A stretch of 64,000 nt of DNA from Antedon mediterranea (Eukaryota; Animalia; Echinodermata), in NCBI RefSeq assembly GCF_964355755.1, contig NC_092670.1:14122795-14186794 (forward strand). Reading direction: 5' to 3'. Made by a program: the position numbers and the translations under genes. The stretch's first letter is position 1. The number at the start of each line of letters is the position of its first letter. Below the pieces are notes generated by a model, which was not told where the DNA came from, ran no database searches, and worked only from the letters and a program-made list of their open reading frames with translations. Shown here piece by piece: positions 26,786 to 40,400 of the stretch.

Positions 26786-27354
26786 ATGATAGTGTTGTAG
26801 GTCCTAGGCCCTATTATGGTGCACGTAAGTGTATGATAGTGATGTATGTCCTAGGCCCTATTATGGTGCACGTAAGTGTATGATAGTGATGTATGTCCTA
26901 GGCCCTATTATGGTGCACGTAAGTGTATGATAGTGATGTATGTCCTAGGCCCTATTATGGTGCACGCAAGTGTATGATAGTGATGTATGTCCTAGGCCCT
27001 ATTATGGTGCACGTAAGTGTATGATAGTGATGTATGTCCTAGGCCCTATTGGTGCACGTAAGTGTATGATAGTGATGTATGTCCTAGGCCCTATTATGGT
27101 GCACGTAAGTGTATGATAGTGATGTATGTCCTAGGCCCTATTATGGTGCACGTAAGTGTATGATAGTGATGTATGTCCTAGGCCCTATTAAGGTGCACGT
27201 AAGTGTATGATAGTGATGTATGTCCTAGGCCCTATTATGGTGCACGTAAGTGTATGATAGTGATGTATGTCCTAGGCCCTATTAAGGTGCACGTAAGTGT
27301 ATGATAGTGCTGTGTATGTCCTAGGCCTATTATGGTGCACGTAAGTGTATGATT
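26786..27354. repeat. 47-bp minisatellite, ~12 near-identical copies
   Basis: Unit atgatagtgatgtatgtcctaggccctattatggtgcacgtaagtgt. taggccc occurs at 26805, 26852, 26899, 26946, 26993 and onward. Confidence 0.96.
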
Positions 27355-27933
27355 GGTGATCATTCTTTTAATATCTTAGATGATTGATGATGTGCTGAGG
27401 TGAGTGGATGTGAATGTGTTTAAGTATTGCATCAAAGTTTGCTAAACATTGAGATCAATCATGTTTGTAAACCATATGTTAAAAAAAACTGCGTCATTGA
27501 TTACTATGTAGCCTATGTGCGCTATAAAAAATCTTATTATTATTATTATTTTACTAAAATTCTCACCATTGCCTTGCGCGTGACCGGGCGGCGATTTTTT
27601 TTTTCGTACATAAGTTGGGGACCCCTCATGAAACGTCACAAAATAAACATGAATAATTCATCAGTTAAATTTGTTGTTCCGTGTGCACCCAAGCGTATAG
27701 CAACAAGAAGTGATTACACAACTGCGATACGATACTTTCTACAGTAGGCCTAGGATCCTAAGTCAATTCGCGTGATTGCCTTCGCGCACTATTCGTCACA
27801 CAAAATGTGTCGAGTCGAGGCTAATCGACAGCTAGGCAAGACATTAAACTAAATAGTAATTCATTGGACATAGCCCAAAGAAAGCTTAGACCCACAAGAA
27901 TAAAGAATGTGTATAATTTGTGTACTGTATTTT

Positions 27934-27976
27934 TGGTTATCCGCTCTTGGCGGATAACCTCTTGTTATTGTCAGGA

Positions 27977-28014
<38 letters not shown>

Positions 28015-30556
28015 CTATGTTATTCTTCTTTCTTTCCCAAAATTTTGTGTCACGTGTATCTCAAATTCTGATCAACATTACATCGTATAACTTTGTCAGA
28101 AGATTTACCTCTATGTGTAGAAGTGCAGGACAGCTCGTTTTTTTACTTTAGTGTCGCGCAGCGTAAGCTACGCGCGATTTTATGAATTTCGCGTATTTAA
28201 CATAGACTAAAAAGCAAAAGTCATTTTGTAATGACACTTAGTGAACATTTAAGTCATATCAAGGGCAAACTTTCTATGGATTAAAAAGGGCATGTTTGAC
28301 ATAAAGTTACGCGCGCACGCGCGTTTAAAATTTCAAATTGCGAAAAATTCATTTCTAATCAACTTTCTACGCGTTTCAGGTCATTTTGAGCATTTCAAAA
28401 ATTCCCACGCGTGCGCATATTTTTTACGCGCGCGTGCGCACGTAGCGCAAAAACATCTTTTTTTTGCTTGATTTTTGTTTTTTCAGCCTTTTCTAGTACA
28501 TTTACCAATTTTCAATCAATTTCGACTTAAAATCACGTCATACGAGCACGTAGAATTGAACAATTTGCGCGCGTTTTTGAAGAAAAAGTTCAAAAATTCG
28601 TCAAAATTATGCCTTTTTTAAAACAGTCATAGATTCTAAACTCCGAGGTGAAAATATTTAAAATTTCAGATTCTGGAAGTAGATGAGTTGTTTTTCTCGA
28701 ATCATGCATTGATATGGCTAACCAGACATTGTGACGTTATCGTATGGCCACCCGAATATAAAATATAGGATTTTTTTCTCTTTCGTCATAGCTCGTCAAT
28801 TTAATAGAGCGCATCTCTACTTATCCTTATTCCATTTCACTCAATTTTTTTATATTGTCTAGATCAATCAATTACCTTTCGCATGATCCACCATTTTAAA
28901 AATTGTGATGACGTCATCATGTTCAAATGCGTCAATAACTTTGGTCACTTATTTTCACCTATTCTGCACTGTATGTAGTACGTATACAGTATATAGTGTT
29001 ATACCGTATATACTTAGACGCGACGCAACATAGAGAGCGCACTAACATTTTTCAATGCCATAATCGTTTTATTTTTTTGCGCGCACTATTCTAACGTATG
29101 ACGTGCACGTGGCTTTTGCACTGCGGATAACCTAACTCGTCCGTAGTGACGAGTTCAAATCTAGTTGGTTATCCGCACTTGGCGGATAACCCCTTGTTAT
29201 TGTCAGGATCTTTTTTTTTTTGGTTATCCGCACTTGGCGGATAACCCTTGTTATTGTCAGGATCTTTTTTTTTTTTTTTTTTTTTCTTTATTCTTCTTTC
29301 TTTCCACGAATTTTGTTGGGAGCGTATCTCTAATACTGGCAAACATAAGATTGTATAACTTTGTCATAAGATTTACCTATATCTGTAGATGTGCAAGAAA
29401 CTTTGTTTTTTGATTTTTGAGTTGCGCAGCGTAAGTTACGCGCAAATTTATGAATTTCAATGATTGATCATAGATTAAAAACCAAAAGTCATTTTCTAAT
29501 GAAACTTGGTGAAAATTTAAGTTATATCATGCGCAAAATTTCTATGGATTAAAAATGGCATGTTTAACATAAAGTTACGCGCGCACGCGCGTTCAAAATT
29601 TCAAAATGCGCAAAATTCATTTTTAATCAAATTTCTACGCGTTTCATGTCATTTTGAGCATTTCAAAAATTCCCACGCGTGCGCAATATTTTTACGCGCG
29701 CGTGCGCACGTAACGCAAAAACATGTTTTTTTTGCTTGATTTTTGTTTTTTCAGCCTTCTCTAGTAATTTTACCAACTTTCAAACAATTTCGACTTAAAA
29801 TCACGTCATACGAGCACGTAGAATTGAACAATTTGCGCGCGTTTTTGATGAAAAAGTTCAAAAATTCGTGAAAATTATGCCTTTTTTTAAAAAGTCATAG
29901 ATTCTAAACTCCAAGTTGAAAATATTTAAAATTTCAGATTCTGGAAGTAGATGAGTTGTAAATATCAAATCATGCATCGATATGGCTAACCGGACATTGT
30001 GACGTCATCGTATGGCCACTCGAATATAAAATATAGGATTTTTGTCTCTTTCGCATAGCTCATCACATTTAATAGAGCGCATCTCCACTTATCCGTATTC
30101 CATTTCTCCCCATTTTGTTATATTGTCTAGGCCAATCAATTATCTTTCGCATAATCTACCATTTTTTAAATTGTGATGACGTCATCATGTCCAAAAGCGT
30201 CAATAACTTGGGTCCCTTATTTTCACCTATTCTGCACTGTATGTAGTACGTATACAGAATACAGTGTATACCGTATATACTTACGTGACGCAAAATAGAG
30301 AGCGCACTAATATTTTTTCAATGGCATAATCGTTTTTCTGCGCGCAATATTCCAACGTATGACGTGCACGTGGCGTTTGTGATGCGGATAACCTAACTCG
30401 TCCGTAGTGACGAGTTCAAATCTAGTTGGTTATCCGCACTTGGCGGATAACCTCTTGTTATTGTCAGGATCTTTTTTTTTTTTTTTTTTTTTTTTGGTTA
30501 TCCGCACTTGGCGGATAACCCCTTGTTATTGTCAGGATCTTTTTTTTTTTTCTTTT
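27934..30556 (+). mobile_element. Left part of the non-autonomous Helentron (HINE/DINE-1-like) array: complete units 27934-29164 and 29221-30425, plus isolated 44-bp heads at 29167, 30428 and 30496
   Basis: Same palindromic sub-terminal inverted repeat head and same 3' subTIR+hairpin+CTAG tail as the autonomous element. Non-coding ~1.2 kb body. Confidence 0.9.
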
Positions 30557-33219
30557 TGGTTATCCGCACTTGGCGGATAACCCCTTGTTATTGTCAGGAT
30601 CTTTTTTTTTTTTTTTTTTTTTTTTTTTCTATGTTCTTCTTTCTTTCCACGAATTTTGTTGGTCGTATATCTCTAATTCTGGCCAACATAAGATTGTATA
30701 ACTTTGTCATAAGATTGACCTATAGCTGTAGATGTGCAGCCAAGCTTTTGGACGATTTCGGAGTTACGCAGCGTAAGTTACGCGCGATTTTATGAATTTA
30801 ACTGATTGATCATAGATTAAAAACCAAACGTCATTTTGTATTGAAACTTGGTGAAAATTTAAGTCATTTCATGCGCAAACTTTCTATGGATTAAAAATGG
30901 CAGGTTGCGCAAAAAATTACGCGCGCACGCGCGTTTAAAATTTCAAAATGCGAAAAATCAATTTCTAATCAATTTTCTATGCGTTTCATGTCATTTTGAG
31001 CATTTAAAAAATTCCCACGCGTGCGCAATTTTTTTACGCGCGCGTGCGCACGTAGCGCAAAAACATCTTTTTTTTGCTTGATTTTTATTTTTTCAGCCTT
31101 TTCTAGTAAATTTATAAATTTTCAATCAATTTCGACTTAAAATCACGTCACACGAGCACGTAGAATTGGATAATTTGCGCGTGTTTTTGATGAAAAACTT
31201 CAAAAAATCGTCAAAATTAGACCTTTTTTTAAACAGTCATAAATTCTAAACTACGTGGTGAACTTTTTTAAAATTACATATTCTGGAAGTAGATGAGTTG
31301 TTTTTCTCGAATCATGCATTGATATGGCTAACCGGACATTGTGACGTCATCGTATGGCCACTCGAATATAAATTATAGGATTTTTGTCTCTTTCGTCATA
31401 GCTCATCACATTTAATAGAGCGCATCTCCACTTATCCGTATTCCATTGCCCTCATTTTTTTATATTGTCTAGGTCAATCAATTATCTTTCGCATGATTCA
31501 CCATTTAATTTTTTTTATGACGTCATTATGTGCAAAAGCGTCAATAACTTTGGTCACTTGTTTTCACCTATACTGCAGTGTATGTAGTACGTATACAGTA
31601 TATAGTGTATACTGTATACTTATCTGGCCAACATAAGATTGTATAACTTTGTCATAAGATTGACCTGTAGCTGTAGATGGCAATAAGCTTCGTTATATGA
31701 TTTTAGAGTCGAGCAGCGCAAGTTATGCGCGATTTTATGGAATTTATGGTTGCTTTTAAATTCTTAACACAAACTTTACGAAAGTGTGTTTCATAATATT
31801 TAGCAACTTTTGTCATGATAAAAATGGCTTGCTACGCAAAAATTACGTATAATTTGAATAGAGTAGATTTGAATTCAATTACATATTTTGTCTATCTATG
31901 TCATGACGTCATCATATGGCCAGTGGAATTCAATAAGTCAGATTAGAGCGCATCTCAGTTTCATGTTTCCAAAATCCTTCAAAATTGTATTAATTATTTA
32001 ATAGATAATTAAATTATATAACATATACAATATATTCAGTAATATGCTGTCAGCACTGTAACTATATTTATGTCATACTCATAGGATGGCATAATACTTG
32101 CCAGCGTGCCCAACATTCTTCAACTTCTAAGAATATAATTATTTAGATAATTATTCTATAAAGTTCTTACCTTCATGTTTTATTTTGATGACGTCATCAA
32201 GTAAAAAAAATGTAAAATTAGAATAAAAATATGGGTCTCGTAATATTTTGTATGCTTCACTGTAATATATATTAGACGTATGACACAAAATAGACACAAT
32301 TCATTAAAATCTCACTTCTACCTACCTGAATTTCCTCAAAATGTCAACATGTTGTTGCTCAGAACAATTTTCCTATCGAATGCTGTTTGATCATGCTATG
32401 GGGTCATGCTAAGATAATAGTAATTGGAAAGGTAGGAGTTTTATTTGTTTTTTTCATATTTCATTACTTCAACATAATTATTACAAATCTCAGTTGTACC
32501 TGCCAAATTTCCTTTTTAAATTAAATGTATGTTCTCGCTGAGATGAATTATTTTCCGAAAATGGACATACCTTTATGTTTCATTTTTATGACATCAAACA
32601 ATGTTGTTCCCGTAATTTCAGTTCTATACACCAAAATATACTACAATACAACCAGTTACATGTGTGAATAATAATACTAACAATTTCTTGTCTTCTCTGC
32701 TCTGTGATTTGATCTGATCAATTATCTCATTTACCAGTGAAACTTGCTCCAATAGATATAATATTTCTAATAAAACTAATATCACCACACCATAACTGTT
32801 AAAAATAATTTTTTATTTCAAACAAAATAAAGAAAACACACAAAGTCTGTGTAGGCCTATTTATAAAAGCTTTCATTGGTTATTGCAAATTGCACAAAAT
32901 TGTTAACATAATATAGTAGGCTGTTTATACTATACAGTAGTTCATGCACACGTTGGTGATCAGTAATTTTACTTACTACATTATATACATGTTAATTTGT
33001 TAGTTGTGGATTTATTAAACACATATTTATTGATCTATTTATAGAAGATTGTTATTTTCTAACAATAACCATTAATATGATTAATAATTTAATAATTTGC
33101 CGCGTTTAGACAAATGTTATTAAATAGCGAATGACTGCATTAGTGACTGCCTAAAAATTCGGATCCCATTATAATTAAAGAGATGAAACCATTCCATTGT
33201 ACACCTAAAAACCAAAACA

Positions 33220-34352
33220 AAATGAATTGATTATTCTTGCAAATGAATAAATTGCTGTATAAGTAATTTCATGTGGACCTGCATAGATAGAAAAAAAAAC
33301 TGAAAGTATGTATAGACCTAATGAAGTATTGGTAATCGTATAAAACAAAACGTATTTTCTTCTTCTGTAAAATGTAACTTTTTATTTTTAACATTACTTG
33401 AATATTGGTAGATATTGAAAGATTATTATGTGCAGATTGCAACATTGCATATTCAAATTCAGAACAATATTTATAATAATATAACTCATATAAAAACAAG
33501 ATTAAAATGTGTTTACTCACCAGATATTGTTTCTCCTATACAGGAGAATAACATGGTTGAAGTTACACATTATTCGCTGCTCCTCGTGCATAGATAATGA
33601 ATTGATTATTCTTGCAAATGAATAAATTACTGTATTAGTAATTTCATGTGGACCTGGATAGATAGAAAAAAATTATTAAAAACAGTTATACAACTGAAAG
33701 TATGTATAGACCTAATAAAGTATTGGTAATCGTATAAAACAAAACGTTTTTTCTTCTTCTGTAAAATGTAACTTTTTATTTTTAACATTGCTTGAATACC
33801 GGTAGATATTGAAAGATTGCATTTTCAAATTCAGAACAATATTATATAACTCACATAAAAACAAGATTAAAATGTGTTGACTCACCAGATATTGTTTCCC
33901 CTATACAGGAGAATGACATGAGTTGAAGTTACATATTATTCGCTGCCCCTCTTGCATAGATAATAATTGATTATTCTTCCAAATGAGTAAATTACTGTAT
34001 TAGTAATTTCATGTGGACCTGGATAGATAAAAAAATAATATAAAAAAAACAATGATACAAATGAAATTATGGATAGACCTAATGGAGTATTGGTGATCGT
34101 ATAAAATAAAACGTATTTTCTTCTGTGAAATTTAACTTTTTATTTTTAACATTATTTGAATACCGGTAATTATTGAACAATTGTTATGTGCACAGATTGC
34201 AACATTGCATATTCAAATTCAGAACAATATTTATAATAATAACTCACATAAAAACAAGATTAAAATGTGTTTATTCACCAGATTTTGATTTTCCTATACA
34301 GGAGAATGACATGGGTTGAAGTTACAGATTACTCGCTGCCCCTTGTGCATAG
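33220..34352. repeat. ~370-bp tandem repeat, 3 copies, inside the Helentron downstream of the ORF
   Basis: aattgattattctt(g/c)caaatga recurs at about 33225, 33600 and 33965. The aaaacaagattaaaatgtgtt...cctatacaggagaat block occurs three times. Confidence 0.9.
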
Positions 34353-34499
34353 AGAGTCATAATTATTGTCAGCTTGTTTTTATCAAATTGTTTTTTTTTT
34401 CATGATTTCCAGTTCTATTTTCAATTCTTAAAAAGTTTTTTATAGTATTCTATTCTGAATTCTATTCACAGAAATATAATTCCAAAACCATTGCTGCAA

Positions 34500-37400
34500 T
34501 TAAAATTTAATGTGAATGGCTTCATGATAGCTATAATAAATTGGAATTACTTCAGCCTGTACTGAATCAAGACCTTTGCTATAGACATGATCAATCAATG
34601 TATTGTTTTCAGTGGTGGAACATGTAACATGTTGTCGGTACTCATTCTCTGACATTAAATTTTTCACTCTGGAAGATTGTTTGAAAAGATTTTCATTAAA
34701 ATCACCCATTAAAATACATTTTGTACTCACTTTTTGTAACTCTTCCAAATATTTTCTCAAATTTTGACAGAATTGATTAATATCATAGCTTGGGGGTCGA
34801 TAAATTACTGACACGGAAACTGAAATTGGACTTGTTATTAAAAATGAAACTGCTTCTATATCATAATTAGGTATGTTTAATCTGCTTGAAAACGTGTTTT
34901 TGGTATACACTGCAACACCGCCATGAGCCTGATTTTTCAATTTGGAACTCAGATCATTTCTATTAGAATACGAATCATACCTTGCTTGGTGATACAATTT
35001 ATACGGCTGAATATTTACTTCAAAAACATCTTCATCTTTATTCAACCACGTTTCAGTCAGACATATGATACTAGAATTCATAAACAAATCATTGCACTGA
35101 AGATCAGCAAAATGTTGCTTAAGTCCTTGAATATTATGTAACATTATTGAAAATTTAGAATCCGAATCATGACCTTGATTTTCACATTGTACATATGAAT
35201 CCATATTATTTAAGCATTTCTTTATATTTGGATCACAATAAATCAGATTAGGATTAAGATGTTCAATAGTAAGTCCAGATATTGAAGTAACACGACTGAG
35301 GGCTACGTATGCTTGTCCAGGTGCAAATGTATTTTTAAGGCAAACTACTGCTTCATTCATTGTCAATCCTTGGACTTTATGAACTGTGCATGCATATGCT
35401 AATTTGAGAGGAAATTGTTTTCGACTATATTTATTCCCCATAGATTCTTTAAACATTTCAATTGCCTGAACACCGATTTCATTATTATCAAACTTTACTT
35501 TAATAGATACTGGTTTGGCGTTATTATTGGGTTTGACTATTTCATAAACATGTCCCATACATCCATTCGTCAAGCCTTTTTTAACATCTACATTTTTAAT
35601 CAACATCACTCTGGCATTAAGTGCAATCCACAAATAATTTAGTAAACTAGTTTGACGTGAATTCCGAGGTTTGTCACAAATTTTGCTCTGTTTCTTGGCG
35701 TTTACTACACTATCTTCTGCTTCAATGCATACAATGTCTGTACAGATTTTGTGCAACATTTTTTTATTCCATTCATCAACTTGTTTATTGCGTGGGTAAA
35801 TATGAACAGCATCTTCACATTCTTCCCCTGTTTCACGTGATTTTAAAACAAATAAATCGTTATCAGATAAACAATCATGTTTTTCTTTTGTACGCAATTT
35901 GTTTAACAATAAAGCAAATTCTTTATCTTCTTTTTGTCTCATGATTTGGTCTAACTGTATTTGCTTAAAGTTATCTAACCACAGTGAGCTTTCCAATGTG
36001 TCTTTATATAACGAACTGCCCATCACTGGGGGTAACTGATAAAAATCACCAACAGCAATTACTGAAATGTTACCAAATGGACTATCGTTGCGTACTTGTT
36101 TTATTTGCCTTAATCGTCCGTGGATATACCAAAGTAACCTTTGATTTACCATTGATATTTCATCTATAATAACAATTTGCAACTGACGCAACTGATTACG
36201 AAGTGCACTTATTTTTTCTTCTCCAAGTGGTTGATACGGAAGTGAAATATTAATCGGGATAGACAAAGCGCTATGAATTGTTTGGCCTTTAATATTATAT
36301 GCTGCGATTCCTGTAGGAGCTAATTTCAATATTGACAAATCATCGGGATTTTCCATAATTTTTCCAAGAATACGTGTCGCTTCATTATAAATACAGTTTA
36401 CCAAATGACTTTTTCCTGTACCAGCGCCACCAGTTATGAAAGTGTAAAATGCTTCAGGTTTTTTACCATTAGCTTTGTCTAAACACCATTGTCTTGTCTT
36501 ATAAAATATATGTTGTTGTTTTTCATTTAAAGATCGAATCATTTTGTTCAATTCTGGTCTTGGAATATTAGATGAGTTAGATTCTACTTTAGATGTATGA
36601 TTTTTTTGAATTCCAAAATCTGGAATGAAAAATTCATCTTCTTCATCATCAACCTCTACATTAGGCTTTGGGTTGTCTAACCTTTCTTTTTCACTTTCTG
36701 GACATAATAGGCTCCATGCATCTTCTTGTGGTCCAAATTTTGATAAACATTCCTGTGCTTCTTCAACATCATCAGCACTTTTTTCATATTGTTCCATGTT
36801 TCCATGAACTATTGACTTTACCGTTTGTAATTGACAGTCACATAATTTCACACATCCTTCCTCATGAAATTGTTCGTACGTTTCAAAATTTGGAGGTTTT
36901 AACTGTTCATCTTTTCGAAATGGTAGAAATAACTGAAGTATACTCAAAAAATATTTCTCAGGTGCTGTATCCATTGGAAATCGAGGGTATCTTACTATAG
37001 CATTACTAGTTCGTGTTCTTTTTTGGATGAATCCCAACTGTTTTTTTAACTGAAATACATTCTTTTTTTGTTTGTTTCCTTTCATTTCTGATGAACTCAA
37101 TATTCTATATTCCGAACAAAATTTTGCAAGGCACATTTTATTAAATTCAGAACTATTAGGTCGAGCTTTATATTTGTCGATCTTATTTGGCAACCATGCA
37201 CTTACATCATCATCTTCTTTGTTTTTAATTACACTTAGTGGTAAACTCATTCTGACAGGATTAGGTCCTACTGGGATAAACTCAACTTTCCTTGAACATT
37301 CTTTTAATCTTAAACTACAAACACGATAAATACTTTCTTGTGCAGACACTTCTCGATTATTCATATAAACATTACCAAGTTTTCGCAAACTTTGCCTAGC

Positions 37401-40400
37401 ATCTTCATTGCCTTCTTTTACTTCTGATGCTGCATGATTTAACAGTAAACCCATTTCACGTTCAGATTTTGACATATATCCTATAACGTAAATTATACAT
37501 GCATATACATTTGTAATATATTGAATATCCATATTAGCATTCCATGCTCTCAATAAGGAAGGATTATATTGATTTACCCACACATCTTGAGGGTTTCTCT
37601 TTATAACAATTTTTTCCTCAGTAGCTACACAATTATTTGCTTTCTCAAATGCACTCTGTGTAATACCTAAACTTTGGAAAAGTTCTATTGCATTTTTATA
37701 TGTTTCTTCATTAGTCACAGCATCTTTTACTGAGGTTAACAGCTCCATTGCTTGTTTATTGTCATCATTATCATCATTGTCTTTATCCACAATTGTAGGT
37801 CTCATAACAAATGTATTTCCAGAAGGTTGTCTGGGAAAGTTAAATCTGCAATTTGTTCCCTTTTTTTTACATGATTTAGAATGTCTTTTACTGTGAATTT
37901 GCACACTTTTAACAATTTCATTCAGTTCAGGATCTACAGTTTCACATGGCACAGCACAAGAAATATATTTATCAACAAAATTAATAACTTCATTATCTTT
38001 ATCTGTACCAAAAATAGGAGCATTTTCAACCCATACTAACATATGAACATGTGGACTTCCTCTCATTTGAAATTCAATTCGGTAAAAATAATCTACGACT
38101 TTACCAATAGGCTGTGCTTCAGACAAAATTACATTTTTCAAAAAAGTATGAAAGCGTTTATCAAACATTCTGGCAACAGTCACTGGATTTGATTTCAACA
38201 AATTACATTTATCTGCCCATTCTAATTCTTCAATGTTTCTTTGGTCTCCAGACTGACTTAGCAATGTCGTCATTATTTCTTTCCAACGGAAATCAGCACT
38301 TGAGAATGAAAGAAAGAATGTTGGTTTTCCAATCTGTCTAACCATTGCTATTATATCTTTTTGTGTAGCTTGCCAGTACGGTGGAGTTCCACGAATTTGT
38401 TTTAGAAATTTATAACCCCTATCAGATTTTAAAATCTCCTGAATTTTGGTAACATTTTTTAAATCGGATACAGTAACTTTGCTAAAATCATCTTTTTTAC
38501 TTGACCCTTTTCGCAATGCAATGGAAATACTTGATAAAATTTGTTGAAGTTCATATAAAGATTGAGCATAAAATATGAATTCTGTATTTTGTGCAAACCT
38601 GTTATCTATATGCATTAATCTATTGTGAAAATAACGTCCAAGTGTTATTTTAACATCTCTCGTATCATGGAATGTTGGTTGTCCTGTTGGAAATAACACT
38701 GGAAATGATTTTGCTTCATTGCTTTTATTACTTAACAATGCAATAGGACTATTATTTTCACATGGTGCACAACAAATTATGTCATTAAAATATTCATCAA
38801 CCAAATTCTGTCGCCTGTCAACAGGTTGAAGACTTGTATCAAAGGTAACACCACATAATCGATCTTCTACTTCTTCTTCTTTTTCTTCTTCTTCATTGTT
38901 TTCATCTTCATTAGTAGTTTCACTTTCGATGTAATCTTCAGATAAATAATTGTGCCATTCTTCATTAATAGCTATATCAAAATAGCACTTGTTATGATCT
39001 TGTAAATATTTAAGAGCTTGAATAACATTGGCAGTGTTAACAAATTTATATTTGTAATAACCTTTGTAAGACAACTTTCGCTTCAATTTTACGGATATTA
39101 ATTGATCATCAACCTGTGGTCTAGGCAGCATTTTAACAGTTTCAATAGTATTTGAAGGTACACATACAACAGGTCCATGTATTCCATGCTGTCCACCTTT
39201 AGGTAAATTCATTAATTTCATAAAAGGAATGTTTAATCCAATCAAATGCTGCTCTAAATTATTTAAACACCTGAGCTCAGGAGGAATATCGTGTAGTTGT
39301 AAATTGTTTGAATTGGCTTCTGCAGGAACTTTCCCGTTTAACATTTTCCTGTGGCATGTGAAACAAATCCATAAACAACACCTTGGTGATTCGACAAATT
39401 GACAATGTTTATTACTTTCATTATTGCAAATATGCAAATACTTTTCATTTATACAAGCCTGATTTTTGTATTTAGCTTTGATGCACTTCATAACTTGATC
39501 TTTGAATAACAATTTAAAGCAAACACAACAAACATATTCAGGACCACGAGAAACTGTTTTCTTGAAGTTTTCTAAAACAATATTAAAATTAGTGTTTTCT
39601 GTTTTGATTTTTTCCCGATTTTTCATATTTTTCTTCATGATTTTTTTCCGGAACCCTTCATCACCATGATACTTTTCTGTAAATCTTTGCTTACACTTTT
39701 GCTTACACCTTTGACGGAATTTTAAATTACCTCGATATTTCTCAGCCAATTTTTGTTTACATTTTTGTCTAAATTTCAAATTACTCCTATACTTTTCTGC
39801 CAATTTGTCTTTGGATTTTTGTCTAAATTTCAAATTATTCCTATACTTTTCTGCCAATTCGTCTTTGCATTTTTGTCTAAATTTCAAATTACTCCGATAC
39901 TTTTCAGCCAATTTTTCTTTACAGTTTTGTCTAAATTTCAAATTACTCCGATACTTCTCTGCCAATTTCTGCTTACAGTTTTGCCGAAATTTCAAATTAT
40001 TCCGATACTTCTCTGCCAATTTATGCTTAAGGTTTTGTCGAAATCTAAAATTACTCCGATACTTTTCTGCCATTTTTTGGGTAAGGTTTTCTCTGAATTG
40101 TGAATTATTACAATACTTCTCTGATAATATTTGCTTCAAATTTTGTCGAAATTGTGGATCATTGTGATACCTCTCCTTATTTCTTTGTTTATTATTTTGT
40201 ATAGTTTTATGCCTAAACATTGTATCATTGTTGTATCGATTCTTTTTGGTTTCTTTTTTGGTTTTTCGGTAACCCAAATCAATGTTGTAGTTATGTTTAG
40301 CTTTATTTCGTAACTTAACATTATATTCAGGTTTACATTTATACATTTTGTGTTGTCTTTCTCTGTTTTCCTTCCTCTTTTGGAATTTATAATCATCATC

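Noticed and set aside
26786-27354. CRISPR-like array
   Set aside because: Contiguous 47-bp units with no unique spacers, no cas genes and a eukaryotic context. It is a plain minisatellite.
29165-30795. Short ORFs MVIRTWRITPCYCQDLFFFF... (also at 27864, 53821, 55038, 56236, 57453, 59922, 62255)
   Set aside because: These are translations of the transposon head plus variable-length poly-T, with non-ATG starts and frames that shift between copies.
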